DNA of 64,000 nt from Psammoneis japonica (lineage: Eukaryota). A program made the position numbers and the translations under genes. Positions within the stretch are counted from its first letter, which is position 1. Each line of letters begins with the position of its first letter. A model generated the notes under the pieces. That model saw nothing but the letters and a program-made list of their open reading frames with translations. It did no database searches and was not told the DNA's origin. The stretch lies in contig QPGO01000148.1 in assembly GCA_008632985.1 (NCBI GenBank), positions 62,001 to 126,000 on the forward strand. Direction: 5' to 3'. This document shows positions 25,562-38,600 of the stretch, piece after piece.

Positions 25562-27197
25562 TCAAGCCGATTCTTGCATGATGATTGCAACAAGGAGAAC
25601 CATCATTATAGCAAAAAGCCCAATAAGTGCAAAAGCCCCGACTTTGCCATCATATGTGCATCCATGGTTTTCCTCTGGCTGGTGGATAATTACTTCTCGA
25701 TGTTGCCGCTTACTCCAGAAGATGCAGATAATGATGGCAATCAAAAGGAGTAGCGCATTCACGGTGGCCATCAAACCACCTATGCTAATGCTGGTGCCGC
25801 CAGCATAGGAGGAGTCTTCTTCGATGCCCACCTCGCTTGAAAGAGCCACAAAGGTAAGAGACTGCGACAAGAAGGCAAGCACGTGACAGATCCGGATGCA
25901 TCCCAAAACAATACTCTTCTTGGCAATTGAATCATTATTGCAGAGAATCAGCACGAAAGCAAGTACCATTGCGAGGCCCGTTGAGACCGCCGCGAGCACA
26001 CCAAAACCACGAGCTATGCGAATGGCAAAATCGAAGCACTCTTCTTTGATAGATTTTGTCCATGCTGTGCAACTTCCAAAATCCTCGTAACCAAACAGAC
26101 CAAACGTAGAAAAGTAACAACCCACGTCCTCGAGCATTCTTCTGCTGTAAAAGTAAGTGTCAGTTGCAAATCTGCAAGAAGCAATTGATGCCACTGCCAG
26201 GACGAATGTAAAAAGTGACAACAAAAAGAATATCCATCTGATAGTTGCAGCAAAGAAAGGAAATTGGTAAGATTTCAGTAGTCTAGTAGCTCTCCTAGCT
26301 AGAGGCAACCTCAACAACAACAATGCCAATTGGAATGACGTACTTCTTGGTATCTCCTTCCTTCCAGAAGATGATAAAGCTACCAGTAAAGAGGAGGAAT
26401 ACATTCACGCCGGCCAAAATGCCAGCGAGGCCAATGCCTGGATGCTCGGTTGCGTCGTACACACTGCTTGCAAAGATCACAAACACAAGAGGCTGCGACA
26501 CGACGGCAACCACATACAGGATCTGAATATATCTCCAGAGTTTGTTCTTGTCAGCAACCGATGAATTGTCATTCCTACCAACAAGAATCAGCACAAGAAC
26601 AAGAACCATGGCGAGGCCCGTCGTCACGGCGGCAAGCACGCCAAAAGCACGAGCCATAATCATGGCAGTGTCGAAGTACTCGCTCTTGAGAGTATCTGTC
26701 CATGTTGTACAGTCACCCAACTTATCGTACCCAAATAGACCAACGTCGTCGCAATTTTCATTGTTCCAGTCGTTGGCGTTGCCATCGTATGGGTCGTGTC
26801 CTTTGCACTCGTTGGCTATGAACTTGCACAACGCAATGGATAGTACCGCCAGGACGAACGTAATGACTGAAAAGCCAAGGAGGAGAATACCACTGTGGCA
26901 TATAATGAGTGCAATCACCAAGAAGGCAAGAAATTGGTAAGATTTCCATACAGTATACGCTAGCACAGAGTCGAAAGGCAACAACGGAAAAACATCAACA
27001 TACTTTTCCTTGATCACCTCATTGCATCGTTCGTCGTCGTCATCCTCGCAGCCATGGGCATCATCTTCGTCCGCCGCAGCAGGATATGTTTCGGGTTGAG
27101 GCATCATGGCTTCCGTGTCATTTGCCTCTTCATCCTGCGTTGTAGTCGTATTTCTGACCACGACTGCAACAGCCGAGTGTTTGTCTCGTTCGTTCAT
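25562..27197 (-). CDS. Multi-pass membrane protein with two tandem claudin-like modules; 2 exons
   Basis: Two homologous units (TFVLAV.SIA.C.F..GLFGY...G.CT.W..FD.A...AR.FGVLAAV.TGLAMVL). A 61-nt GT..AG intron (26343-26283) joins the two ORFs in frame (GDTKK|LLKSYQF). Confidence 0.75.
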
Positions 27198-27589
27198 TTC
27201 GCCTTCTGTTGTTGTTGTTTGCGTGCTTCACTTGGAGGATCATTCATTGGTAAAGAGTTGGTAGTAGAAACGTTGTAACGTTGTGTCTACGGATTGCAGA
27301 ATGTATCGAGGAGTACTGTTAGCTGCAATGTGTTTTTGTGGAGTCTTGGGACTCGGGACTCTCAAGGGGAGGAGCGATGCAAGATGCATGACACACAAGA
27401 GTTCGGGTCGGCGACGAGAACGGGAGTTGCTGGCCAGCAGAGAGAATCACATGCGTGCCATTCTTCATGGTGTAGCTGCAGCAACTCCTCCGAAGCAAGG
27501 GACCACAAACGTTGGTTTCATCACTTTTCCTTTGTTCGACATGACAGCAAACCAGGTTTCTCATCAACCACGTAATTTTTACGTGCTGG

Positions 27590-30500
27590 AATGACGAATC
27601 ATCCTCACTCGATGTCAAAGCGGGGCGTGGGGGGAGTCGTTTTTTCCCCGATGATCCTGCCACAGTCTGAACTGCAACGATGATGCAGCGGGGAACCGCC
27701 ACGGGGGTGCCGTCTTTTTTCCAAGAAGCGCCCCGCTTGATCCAGTTCCATCTCGGCACGGGTGTCCACGCCACCTTGGCACCGAGTCAGTCGTGCTGCT
27801 TCTTTGGAAGCCGCCATTCCTCCTGAACCGCCTCAAATCACCACCAAATCATAATCACACCCATGATCCGCCGATGGTCCATCTGCCAGCATAGTCACCC
27901 CCTCTGATGACACATCCTTTGCATCGCACGGCGCCACAAATGACCGACACCAGTCAAGAGTTGCATCGTGTCCTCCGAGACAGCCCTCAATGTCAGCTTC
28001 ATCGGGCTCGGTTGTGGCAATCTTGCTGAACCAGACAAACGGACAGCTGGTGTGATCATGGGCACTCTGATCCATCAGTTTTTCGTGAAAAGCCCCATCT
28101 GCCAACCATGCTCAAAACGAGGCACGATCATTGCAGGTGTGCTGAACTGTGCTTTGATTTTTGTTGGAAAAAGAATCGCCAAGGAGCTGAGCACAAATGA
28201 ACACCTGCGGCAGAAACCGCCTGATGGCAGAGCAAAGAAATTGAACACAAGCTCAACTGGTTGTTTGATTCTGAAGCCTGTTTCACTTGTGTGCTTGCTG
28301 CAGGAGTTCCATCCCGCAACATGCAGGACCTCGGGCGATGCCATGGTGGTTGTTGCTCTTTGTGGTTCTTGCGGCCTGGAGTCTGGAGTCAGAGCAAATG
28401 TGAATGAAGAGCCAAAAGCTGACAAAAGAAGTGTGAGTTTGTCCATCTCTGTCATGGACAGAACACAAGTCAAAAATCATGCATGCAAAATTTCAAAAGT
28501 TGCTTTTAAATTTAACAGGGCTTGAATGCAATGAATGTCTTGTTGGAGGCAGTTTGGTTCCAAGTGCCAACGATGGCAATGACAAGAGGTGGCACGATGT
28601 CATCCCCCGCAAGCTGTGGTGCAATTGTGCAATGTGTGCCTCAACACACTCTTGAGATGGCTGATTGGATTTCAATGAAACCACAGCAAATGAAAGCCTG
28701 AGAATCTCTTGCAAAGAGCGAATGACAATTTGGAGGACGTTCCTGTTCCACACTGAAATGATGCTGAATGCTTGCAAACGTCCAATGCAGCAGCAGTGAG
28801 AGCCAGCCAGTGCACTTTTGAGTGCACTGCAATGCATTTGCTCCATCAGAGAAGGGCCAGCCTCTGCTTTCTTTGTTTGATTGCATGCTGAACGCCTGCA
28901 GACGTTGTGGACCAAGACGGTGTGCTTGACACCCCAAAGGGCAGGCTTTTTCGTGAAGGTTGTAAGGTGGTTCAGACCACTTGAGTTGCTCATTGAGCAC
29001 AGGTTTAACACTCCTGTGGGTCGCCGGCCCATTGTGTCGGCCATGTTCTCCACATCCCACACAGCGTTTGATGACCCATTTGTTTCGTTTGCAATTGTGG
29101 CCGTCTCGCTGAGTTGTGCTTTGTAACTCACACTCATTTTCAGATTTTGATTGCCATTTTAACAGATGACATGAATGGAGATGTCAAACAAGGGGAATCT
29201 GCACATTTGCAGTTGCATGTCTGCATTTGCTCTGGACATCTACGGTGATGTTTTATTGGCGTGCCTCTTACGGCGATTGGAGTCAGCTAAAGTTGATGCA
29301 AGAAGACATTGCATGGGATTGATGGCATTCCTCAAGCTCCTCCAAGGATTTGTCATTGCAGAAGTGCAGCAACCTGCAAGCTTCAGCAGCAGACGTTGCT
29401 CCTGAGCAACCAGCACGTCTCTTGCCCCTGGTGGTTGCTTCACTTGACTTGTTCCAAGGGAAACATCTGTCTCACAACACTCCTTGGCGGTTGCTCTTTT
29501 TGAAACTCAAGAGGTGTTCACAAATGCTGCGCAATCGCTTGGTTGCAATTTGCAGCATGTGACAAGTGGTTCTGCGTTGCGAGTGGTTGACCCGAGTGCG
29601 TTCTCCAAGGCATGACCATCACCACAAGCATTTTCACGGCCACCACCACCAACCCATCACTGCATGTGCCAATCAAGGATTTGAGCAACCAAGTTTCTGA
29701 AATTGCACATCCAATTTCAATGCCACAGCAAGAGAGGACACGGAGTGTGCCACATTCCTCGCACCTGTGCACGCAAATGCCGCCCAAATGCTGCATTGCA
29801 ACTTACATCCAACGGTGATTCTCACTTTTGTGGAGGTCTCAAGTTTGCTCCAAGACACAACAGAGAACCCCACTGTAACCCCACCTGCCGCACATGTCCC
29901 CTTCAAGCAGCGGGGAAACTGCGTTCCATGCCCATGACCACTTGTGTGCAATGAGCAACCAGATCCCCCAATGTCAAGAGCCGCGTTCGGCATTTTTATC
30001 AAGGCAAGACGGCGGCTGCAACTCCACTCACATTTGCCAAAAGGATGTTTTCTGCATCACAAAATCAACCCTGGGAAAGGCGTCTGCCGCCAGCCTTTTG
30101 CTGATTTTGAACCACAGTGGCACAAAAATGAGGACTGCTCCATGCAGGTCAGGTGAACACTCCATGCCAACAGTTGGTTTCATCAATGTAAGTTCCGCGT
30201 GCAAAGGATCATAAACAACCACCGCCTCTTGCCTGTTGCTCCTTGTCGATTAAAACATTTGTTGCATGCATCTGCCATGAGGACGAACCACGAAACAAGC
30301 ATTGCGCACTGAGATGCAACAACACCTCTCTGGCAATGGCATGGAATCACCCATGATTTGCAACATCAAGGTGCACAGAGAGACATTCAATCAACCTGGC
30401 AGCTGCCTTTCGGCTGTGTCCTGCTTGAGAAAGTGACCAGACACCCAAGACCAGGGAACCAGGGGCGACACTTTTGTTCCCTCAGATCCATGTCATGAGT

Positions 30501-31120
30501 GCAAAGCTCTTGTGCAGCGCAGCAGCTCAGGGGCCTCAGATGCACTGGCTGGGGGGAACAAGCCATTGTGAGATGTCTCCAGTGTGCAAGATGGCCGCCT
30601 GCTTTCTGGCTTTTGTTGGCCTCTCTTTGCTCAAGGCAACAAAGCAGGGGGGGCTGAAAGCAGAACTGAGAGATTGTCCAAGATCTCTGGCCCATCAGCT
30701 CAAAAGGCACCTCCAGCAGCAGTTGCAGTGCAGGCACACTGTGAAAGAGACCCGCTCCAAAGCAATGTTCTCCTCAGCCAAGTCTGGACAAGGGAATGCC
30801 TGTGAGCAAGTTTTTGGAATGTCCAATGGCTGGGCATGCATCTGTCCTTTTTGAAGCCCAGGGGATCATCGCAAAAAGCACTGGTGCTGATTGTTGTGTG
30901 CTGCTGTGCTGTGTGCTGCCTCTGCACGCCTTTGTGCACACACCCATTCCTGCATCGCACACAGGCCAACGAGAGGCCAGAGGCACGATGTTGATCCTCA
31001 TGCACCACATCTCTGTCAAAAGGGTGAACACGCCGCAGCACCGCGGTTTGGGACGATCGACAAGTGCGCGGTCGTCCGCCTGCTCTCTCTCAGTCCGCGC
31101 ATCGTCATCGCGTGTCCGCA
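27590..31120. other. TpA-depleted hypermutated block 3
   Basis: TA scarce from ~27.6 kb to 31120, then an abrupt return (catactgtagtctatac). Confidence 0.88.
27765..28450 (-). pseudogene. 5' fragment of a glutaredoxin-thioredoxin reductase (TGR/TrxR-like) gene
   Basis: Minus strand reads CPFVW..EGCLGGHDAT (Grx-like C-terminus), then HGCDYDLVVI*GGSGGMAASKEAAR/LGAKVA, matching the TrxR FAD motif YDYDLxVIGGGSGG..AxKEAA. GGA->TGA stop, frameshift, then truncation. Confidence 0.8.
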
Positions 31121-31204
31121 CATACTGTAGTCTATACTTGGGTATCAATGCCAATGTTAGCGACAAAACATACAGCGACAATAATAGGGGCCCTAACAAC
31201 GAGA

Positions 31205-31984
31205 ATGAAGAGCTGCTACTCGGAAATCGAATCCTTCATGAATTCGTTAGTTACAGACAGTAGCGGCGTCAGCAGTGTTTCGTCCTATTTTCATCCAAAG
31301 GGCGTTCACTTGGAGCCTGCCGCAGACGATGATTCCAAAGTTATTGTTCGCAACAAACCCAGCAAATTCCTTCCTCCTATTGACGATGACTGGACTATCG
31401 AATGTATTTGGTTGTTGGACTTGACTACGGCTTCTGCTGTTTTGAATTCTCGAGAATACACTATTGCTATGGTTTTGCTGAAACCAGAAGAAGAGTGGAA
31501 GATTATTTCAGCGATGGCCTGCAATCAGGACTCCTCTGAGGAAACTACTTCTGATGCCTCGGACAGCACCGTTATCCAACAAATCGTTGAACAGGGAGCT
31601 ATGCCTTACATATCTGCTAATCGAGCTTCCAATGGAGAAGCCATGGCTGACGTATTTCATCCAGTCTCACGACTCACATATGTCGGGCTGAATAACAGCA
31701 TTATGGTACATACACAGTCTGAGTTTTGCGACATGGTATCCAACAGATGGATCACTACGCCCTATGCAGGATTTGTTCATCTCAAAAGTGACCCTCGTGT
31801 GTTAGCATCGGATCAAGTACTGGCGGTAACTGTGTTGTCACCCCGACACGCAATTGTAAAGTTGAAGGTAGGCTTTCCTCCCCTTTTATTCACGGATGTA
31901 TTGATGCTATGCAAGATGAATGGCAAGTGGTGGATTGTAAGCAAGTCTTCTACCAATGTTCCTTTCATGGTAGATGAAAAGTAG
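31205..31984 (+). CDS. Putative lumazine-binding / NTF2-like (SnoaL-like) tandem-domain protein
   Basis: Intact ORF. FHP...WKIISA and ADVFHPVSRL...AIVKLKVG..FTDVLML.K..GKWWIVSK resemble two Lumazine_bd_2-type domains. Confidence 0.7.
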   Translation: MKSCYSEIESFMNSLVTDSSGVSSVSSYFHPKGVHLEPAADDDSKVIVRNKPSKFLPPIDDDWTIECIWLLDLTTASAVLNSREYTIAMVLLKPEEEWKIISAMACNQDSSEETTSDASDSTVIQQIVEQGAMPYISANRASNGEAMADVFHPVSRLTYVGLNNSIMVHTQSEFCDMVSNRWITTPYAGFVHLKSDPRVLASDQVLAVTVLSPRHAIVKLKVGFPPLLFTDVLMLCKMNGKWWIVSKSSTNVPFMVDEK

Positions 31985-32619
31985 TGGGGACTGATATCGA
32001 AAATAAGCTACTCTGATAGATCTAGAGAAAGCCGGGGGGCAGAAGTCAGTTTACGAATGCCTAATTTCAGGATGACTCTCTCTACTAGTAGAATAAGTAA
32101 GCAAGCTAGATAACGCCGGTAAGGATCGTCATCCAGGTAATTAAGGCTTTACCGTAGAAAGAGACTGCTCATTCTATAGAGTGAGAGACAGAGAGAGAGA
32201 GTAGCAAGAAGGTAGGAAAACCTAGGCATCGTCCGCAACCACTGCGACAATGTGTCCCAAGACGAATCAGTATTCCACTGACCTGAACGGTTGTTTCGTC
32301 CGATCCAGTTATTTGGATCCGATTTCCGGCCAGTAAGTCATCATATTGGTCTTCGTTTACCCTTGGAGAAGCATAAATGTCCTGTAACAGACTGCCACTT
32401 TTAATTTATTTGTCTCAATAAGGCATCGCTTCCAAATCCATTTCCCAGATGATTTCTGTACGGTGGACCAAGAGGTGAGAGGCGCAGAAGAGCAAGTGAA
32501 ATGCAGCCAATCGTTAAGAACATAATTTTTCTCACTACTTTTTTCTGACTGGCAAAATGGCAAAACAGCCCGCCAGGCAGTGCCAGAAAGAGCAACAATG
32601 CAGGGCACCCATGAAATAA

Positions 32620-32900
32620 GTGCCAGAATCCTACAATTTTTCCCATTGCTATTAATGCAACCTGCTTAGCTACACGTAGCTAGAGAGTTTTATTAATTGG
32701 CTGCGGGATAGTGAGGGGGCTTACAGCGAATCAATCCTTGCGATTGGTCCAAAACTCAACGAATCCGCGTGCCAGAATCCTACAAATTTCTCTTTTACGA
32801 TTAATGCAACATGCTTAGCTACAAGTAGAGAGTTAGCGAGCAAGTACGGGAAAGCGAGACGGTATTAGATGGCAAATCAATCCAGGCGATTGGCAAAAAT
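32620..32900. repeat. Diverged tandem duplication, ~150 bp x2
   Basis: gtgccagaatcctacaa...attaatgcaac.tgcttagctac..gtag and aatcaatcc..gcgattgg each occur twice (units at ~32620 and ~32769). Confidence 0.75.
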
Positions 32901-35525
32901 GCTCTGTTTGAAAGCCATGCATCGTCATCCTCACACATGTGGCGCAAGAAGCATCATCTACCGCGTACATCCACATTTCGCCCATCATTTTATCTTCTCG
33001 ACAATGTGCCGTTCGCCTTTTTCACCAGTTCTTGCACTCCTGACTTTAACATCGCTCCCGACAGCGCCTCCTGCTACTCAGAGCCCGACTGGACCACCCA
33101 CACCACAACCAGCTGGACCTCCAAATAAGTGTCGACCTCTAACTCCGATTCCAACGCTTCCGCCTGCATTGCCTCCGACAGTTCCTCCAACGTATCCATG
33201 TGTAGAGTCCACGATCCATCCATTTCTAGAGTCCAAGAATTGACGGGAGATGACTTTGACAGGTGCTATAACAAAAACGACAAGAGCGCTGAGTTTTCAG
33301 CTAGACTAGCTCTAGAGAGCCTCTTCAAGGATTCTCTGCATCTTATTCTACCATTCGTCTGTGACAGTGTACGCTACGGTACATGCGAATGCTTCACGCG
33401 CGTGGGCTACCACATTCAGTGGAGGTTGAACGAGACTCTAGAGAGCAGGGCTACAGTGCAAAGCTTTTGGAATGTGCGGAACACTTCCACCGACTCTTTG
33501 GCGTTCTTGGAGCCATCGGGAAGCGTGGCTTTGGTCTTTACTGCAGATTTGGCTTTGGTCTTTATTGCAGATGCAACGTTGAACACACGTCCAATGTGAC
33601 TGACGTCCCAGATGGCAGTTGATTTCCACTTTCCGCTCTTCAATCGCCCTGTTCCAAAAGTCGACACCTTGCAAAAGTCTTTCATTTCAGCATGCTCTGC
33701 AAACATTTTGCAACCATGACAAGCGCATTCTGGCCTCTTGCTCATCAAGAAGCTCACTTGCAGAATGGACTCTGTTGCCAACCAGCCTGTCCAGAGTCTC
33801 ACTGTGCCACACCCTCCAAGCAACTCTTGGCCTTGGATTGATGGTCCTGCGAACAATCATCTAAAGCCGCCATTTGATCTTGCACAAAATGAAGTGCAAA
33901 GATGCCCCATTTGCATGTGCTGTCTTCCGCTTTGACCAAAGCCTGCACAACATTGTTCTTTTTGCCAAGAACTTCAATGCAGTCCTGGGTTTGACATGGG
34001 CTGTGGTGCTCGAAGAAGAGAAACAGTGCTGGGAACAACAATGCCCTGGAAATTTCTCGGAAAAGCTTTGGTGTTGAAAAATCTGGCAAAGCTCATGGAG
34101 CTTCATTGCTGAGATGTCAATGTTGCCAGAACTCAGCTGCACCTTTCTGGGTCCAAGGATGGAATCATTGGCAACACGAATGGTGTCAACCTTTGTCTAA
34201 AAGACACATCAACTTTGTCACCTTTCTTTTCCTTCATGGTCATCATGGTTCTCTGGGAAGCAACAATGTGCATTTGCATGCGTCACGCTCCAATTCACTG
34301 GGGGCCAGGCTTGGAACATTTGAGGGTGTGGTGCACAGCCCAATGCGCTCCTGAAATCAATCATGCACCCTGCAGGCATTCAAGAACCGCAGCACCTGTG
34401 GCCAAGAAGTTGTTCAGACAAGGAATCAAGCAACAATGCATGAGGTTTTCACAAAAATCAATCAGGAAACAAAATGTCACCATGTCAGTCATGAGCTCTT
34501 CTTCATGCCATCCCTTTTTGGCTCAACTGAGCTTCCTTTCCAGCTGCCAAGAACATTTCATTCTTCAAGTCACTCCCTTGAGATCATGACTCTCATAAAA
34601 AAAAAAGTTCTGGAGATGGTCATGTGGTCACAGCATGTTTTGTTGAAACTCATTCCACCCTCACAAGGCGCATGTCTTGTTGTCACTGAAAAACTGATTT
34701 GACGCTCAAGAATCAGCTTTGGCACAGGTTTTCTCCCACAAAAGAAAACTGATGGAAGAGCACATTGTGAAAAGGCTGCAAATCTCTGGAGTTGAGCACA
34801 CCACCACCACCAAAACAACTTGCATGCCTTCACTTGCTGCGCTGATTCACAAGGCTCCCATGTTTCATGCCAATGATTCAGCACATGACAACCCGTTTCC
34901 CACATGGCAGCTGGATCACAGTTCCTTCTAGAGAGAAGATGCATCTAAATCAGAAAGCAATGATTCTTCAACCACCTTCAACAGCTGACTGATTGATGTG
35001 ACATTGCGGCACTGCACCGCTTTTTGCGGTTGTTGCAAGTGTGCCCTCCAGGACACGGCGCAATGTTGCACAGCTGCAATCAACTTCAAAGGCTTGCTTT
35101 CACAAGCTTCCCCCCAAGGACATGGCCATGCAGCCCATTCAAGCAAAGAGGCAAACAACTTTCTGAAGACACCATCATCCCACACGTCATTTGTGAGCAG
35201 CCTCAGACTCAGGTTTTGTTTGGACAGATTCAAAATGTCTTCAATGCTTGAGACAGAAGAAGAAGCAGCAGCAAGAAGAATGCTTGTGCTGCCAAAACAC
35301 AAAAGTTTTGTGGTGTGTGCACTCCAAAGCCTTTTCTTGTGATGGTCATGACTTTCTGCAACAATTTGCAAGCGGCCCCAGAGGGTTCTCACACAAAAGA
35401 ATCATGCAGTCGGTCAGCAGCATCAGAGAATGCAAAATGATTGTAAAGCTGCTCAGCACTTTGGCGGCATGCTCATCATGGCTCATGGCTGTGTTGTGTT
35501 GGCAATGGTTTTGTCTGGACCTCAA

Positions 35526-35617
35526 ACCTTGCAAAAGAAGCGTTGGACCTTGCAAAAGAAGCATTGGACCTCACGAAAGAAGTGTTGGACCTCGTGAAAA
35601 AAGTGTTGGACCTCATG
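35526..35617. repeat. 21-bp tandem repeat, ~4.4 copies
   Basis: accttgcaaaagaagcgttgg / accttgcaaaagaagcattgg / acctcacgaaagaagtgttgg / acctcgtgaaaaaagtgttgg / acctcatg. Confidence 0.85.
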
Positions 35618-35699
35618 GCTTGCTCGCATGCAGCCTGGAGCAGCACACCAGCAGACACCGCAGAACGAACACCATGACAAGCACCATTGGATGCAATGC

Positions 35700-38600
35700 A
35701 TCTCAGGATGACACAGCACTGGTCTCCACTGGCCCACTTTGAGGAGATGGTTCACAATGCACTGAATCATCAGTGGTTGAAAATGGACCAGTGGAGACCA
35801 CAAGCGCTGAGGAAAACACAATGTGTTGACACAGATGGCTTTGGATGCAATGGTGATGGCAAAGAGTGCTCAGGAGATGAAGATGGTGATGACTCTCATT
35901 CTAAGAAAAGATTTGAGACAACTGCTAACTTGACTGCAGAGGCACTCAGAAAAGCCAGAAAAACCAACGCTGTGTTGGCTGAAAAGAAAAAGAAGCAACA
36001 GATTCACGTCGTCCTCATTGCAGTGCACCTTGCACTCATGGCACCACTTGTCAGGAGCCCAGCGCACCTCAAGAGAACAACATTGTTGGTGGAGGAGACT
36101 GTGTCAATGACAATGAGCCTGTGCGTGACATGGATGCAACAGAGCCTCCTGCGCCTGAGGACAATGCCACCTCTGTCAAAAGAAATGATGACGTTGTTCA
36201 TGCCGAGATGAAACAAGCACCGCAACCAAGTCACCAAGCAAGGATGGGCCAAAACCCATCAGTGCGGTAGATGACAACACCAACCAAGACACAAACCAAG
36301 AAAGTTTGTCAAGAGAACAGCCAGAGAAAAAAATGTTCACAAAATGCTTTGCACGTGAGAAGTTTGGAAGCTTGTCAGCCCCAGTGCAGAAGGTTCAGGA
36401 GAAAAAGGCACGAGCTGCCCAAGAGAAAACCAAAGCTCTGCCATTGCACCTCCTGCACCTGTTGCTCTTGATTCCAGTGGGGCTTCTTTTTGTCCTGACA
36501 TGATTCAAGGAGAAAATGTGGCTGAAGCATCAGCATCTGTTGCCAGCTACAAGTCGGTGGTGCAAAAGGTCAAGGAAACAGGGGACAGCCACCTGGACAT
36601 GTTTTGGATCAACGCAAAGGAAAAAAAAGGGAGACATTCATGTGTCAGGCAGGGTTCAACTTCCCAGCAAGGACAACACCAAGCCAGCATCTGTCAGCTG
36701 CTGTGTGATTGTCAAGAACAATGTCAGGAATCTTTTTGCACTTCTGAAACAAAAAGATGACAGAGAACTCGAATCCATGATGGATGTCCATGCAGAACTC
36801 AAGTCAGTTTTTGAAACCATTGTGTGTTCCAAACTTTCAAGGCATCACATGGGCTGGCAAACTTGTCAAGCGCAAGTGTGCGTTTGAAGATCCAGCTGTT
36901 CTTGGTGAAGACTCTTCCCATTTTAAGGTGGTTTACAATGCCAAGCATCCTGTTCCATCACAAGAAGTGCACAGCAAGGGTGGAAAGCACTTTGACAGGA
37001 TTTTGGGTGCAGGTGCATCTGCTCTTGAGAACTTCATCATCAAGCAAAAGCGCGTGGGTCCCTGCTGAATTTGCACTTGCAATCCTCAACCCAATGGGTC
37101 TCTGATGAGTTGGTGCAAGCTTGAAATGCAGGTGGACAGTTCCAAGCATCTTTGCAGGCCTGATTTGGTCAAGAGAGTTGTCAATTCCAAGACGCAAAAG
37201 TTGGAAATTGCATCAGTCAGTGCCATTTGTCACAAGCAAGTTTCCCAGGAGATGGCTTTGGACAAATCAACGCATCACATGACGCAGCTCTCTCTCATTT
37301 GTCCTTCAGGTGGAGCTGTGGCAGTGGTGGTGGAATGCTGCAATGCCCCCGCGACATTGACTCTGAGGCTGCTGCTTCCATTCCTCAGTTGCAACGTGTG
37401 CCCAATGAGAGAGCCTTTCTCAGTGGACTCTTGGCGCAAATTGGAAACTGGGATCCTGACATCTCAGTTGGACACAATGCATGGGGATGCAACATGGAGA
37501 TTGTCTTGTCTTGTTGTGTTGAGTTAAAAGTCCCCACGTGGAGCAAGATTGGAAGACATTGCAGGATGCAGCTTCTGCATTGGCCATCATTTTCCAAGAC
37601 CAAGGATTGGTTCACAGCTCATGCGGTGGCAAGGCAACTGCTTTGTGACACCCATTGGAGCACTCAGGAATTGCTTTGTGAGACAACATGCTTGCTCACC
37701 AACCTGGCGGCTTTGCAACTCAAGATGGATCACCAGGAGATTTGAGCAGTTGACGTCCCACAGCAGTGTTCCTCGTCCAAACACATTTTCTGCCTTGCCA
37801 CTCCCACCTTGTTCAATGCCCAGCTGGTGCAACAGCTTTTCTTCAAGCAGCAGATTCTGCCTCTCACCAAACAGCTGACCAACATTGCTGGCAACTTGTG
37901 GTCACACACAATCAGAGGACGGCATGCGGAGCACAATGAGCATTTGTTGCCACATGAGTTTCATGGACTCAAGTTCATTGCTCCAGAAAAGAAGAAGAAA
38001 TTCAAGCAGGATGCAACGTTGAAGAAGGCCAAACGCAGCGGTGGTCTGGTGTTGGAACCGAAGAAGGAGCTTTGTAATTCATTTGTTCTCTTTTGTTGGA
38101 TTTGAGCAGCCTCCACCCCTCCATCATTCAGAAATGCAACTTGTGCTTCACCACCATGGATTGGTCCAAGCACACAAATGGCGATGGCTTGTTGTCACCT
38201 CCGGTTCCGGATGACAGCTTGGATCAAGGGGTTCTTCCTTGGGTTGCAACGACTCTTGTTGAGTGCCAACATTGTGTCAAGAATGTGCTCAAGCAAGAAG
38301 AAAATGCAGAGATGAAGCAAGAGGCAAGGCATTGTTGTTTTGAATGCAAGGCATTGTTGTTTTGAATGTTGCATGATTTGCCTGTCCTTTTGACAATCTC
38401 TTGTGATTGCATTTTCTGTTTCTGCAGCTGAACATCCATCAGCAAGCTCTCAAGTTGACTGCCAATTCCATGTGCAGATGCCTTGGCTTTTCTAATTCTC
38501 ACCTTCATGCTGAGCCAATTGCCGCACTGGTCACAGCCATGGGACGTGAAACGATTCAGCACACGGTGGATGTCGCACAAAACATGGTTGGTCTCAAGCT

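Noticed and set aside
27833..27835. In-frame TGA in the TrxR-like sequence as selenocysteine
   Set aside because: It replaces the first Gly of the GxGxxG FAD motif, not the C-terminal GCUG site, and is followed by a frameshift and truncation.
32869..33243. Pro/Thr-rich ORF as an intact gene
   Set aside because: Short, low-complexity, with no clear start or domain, and it grades into block 4; probably a fragment.
19790..35617. Short repeat arrays (19.8 kb, 35.5 kb) as CRISPR
   Set aside because: No unique spacers, no cas genes, and the context is eukaryotic.
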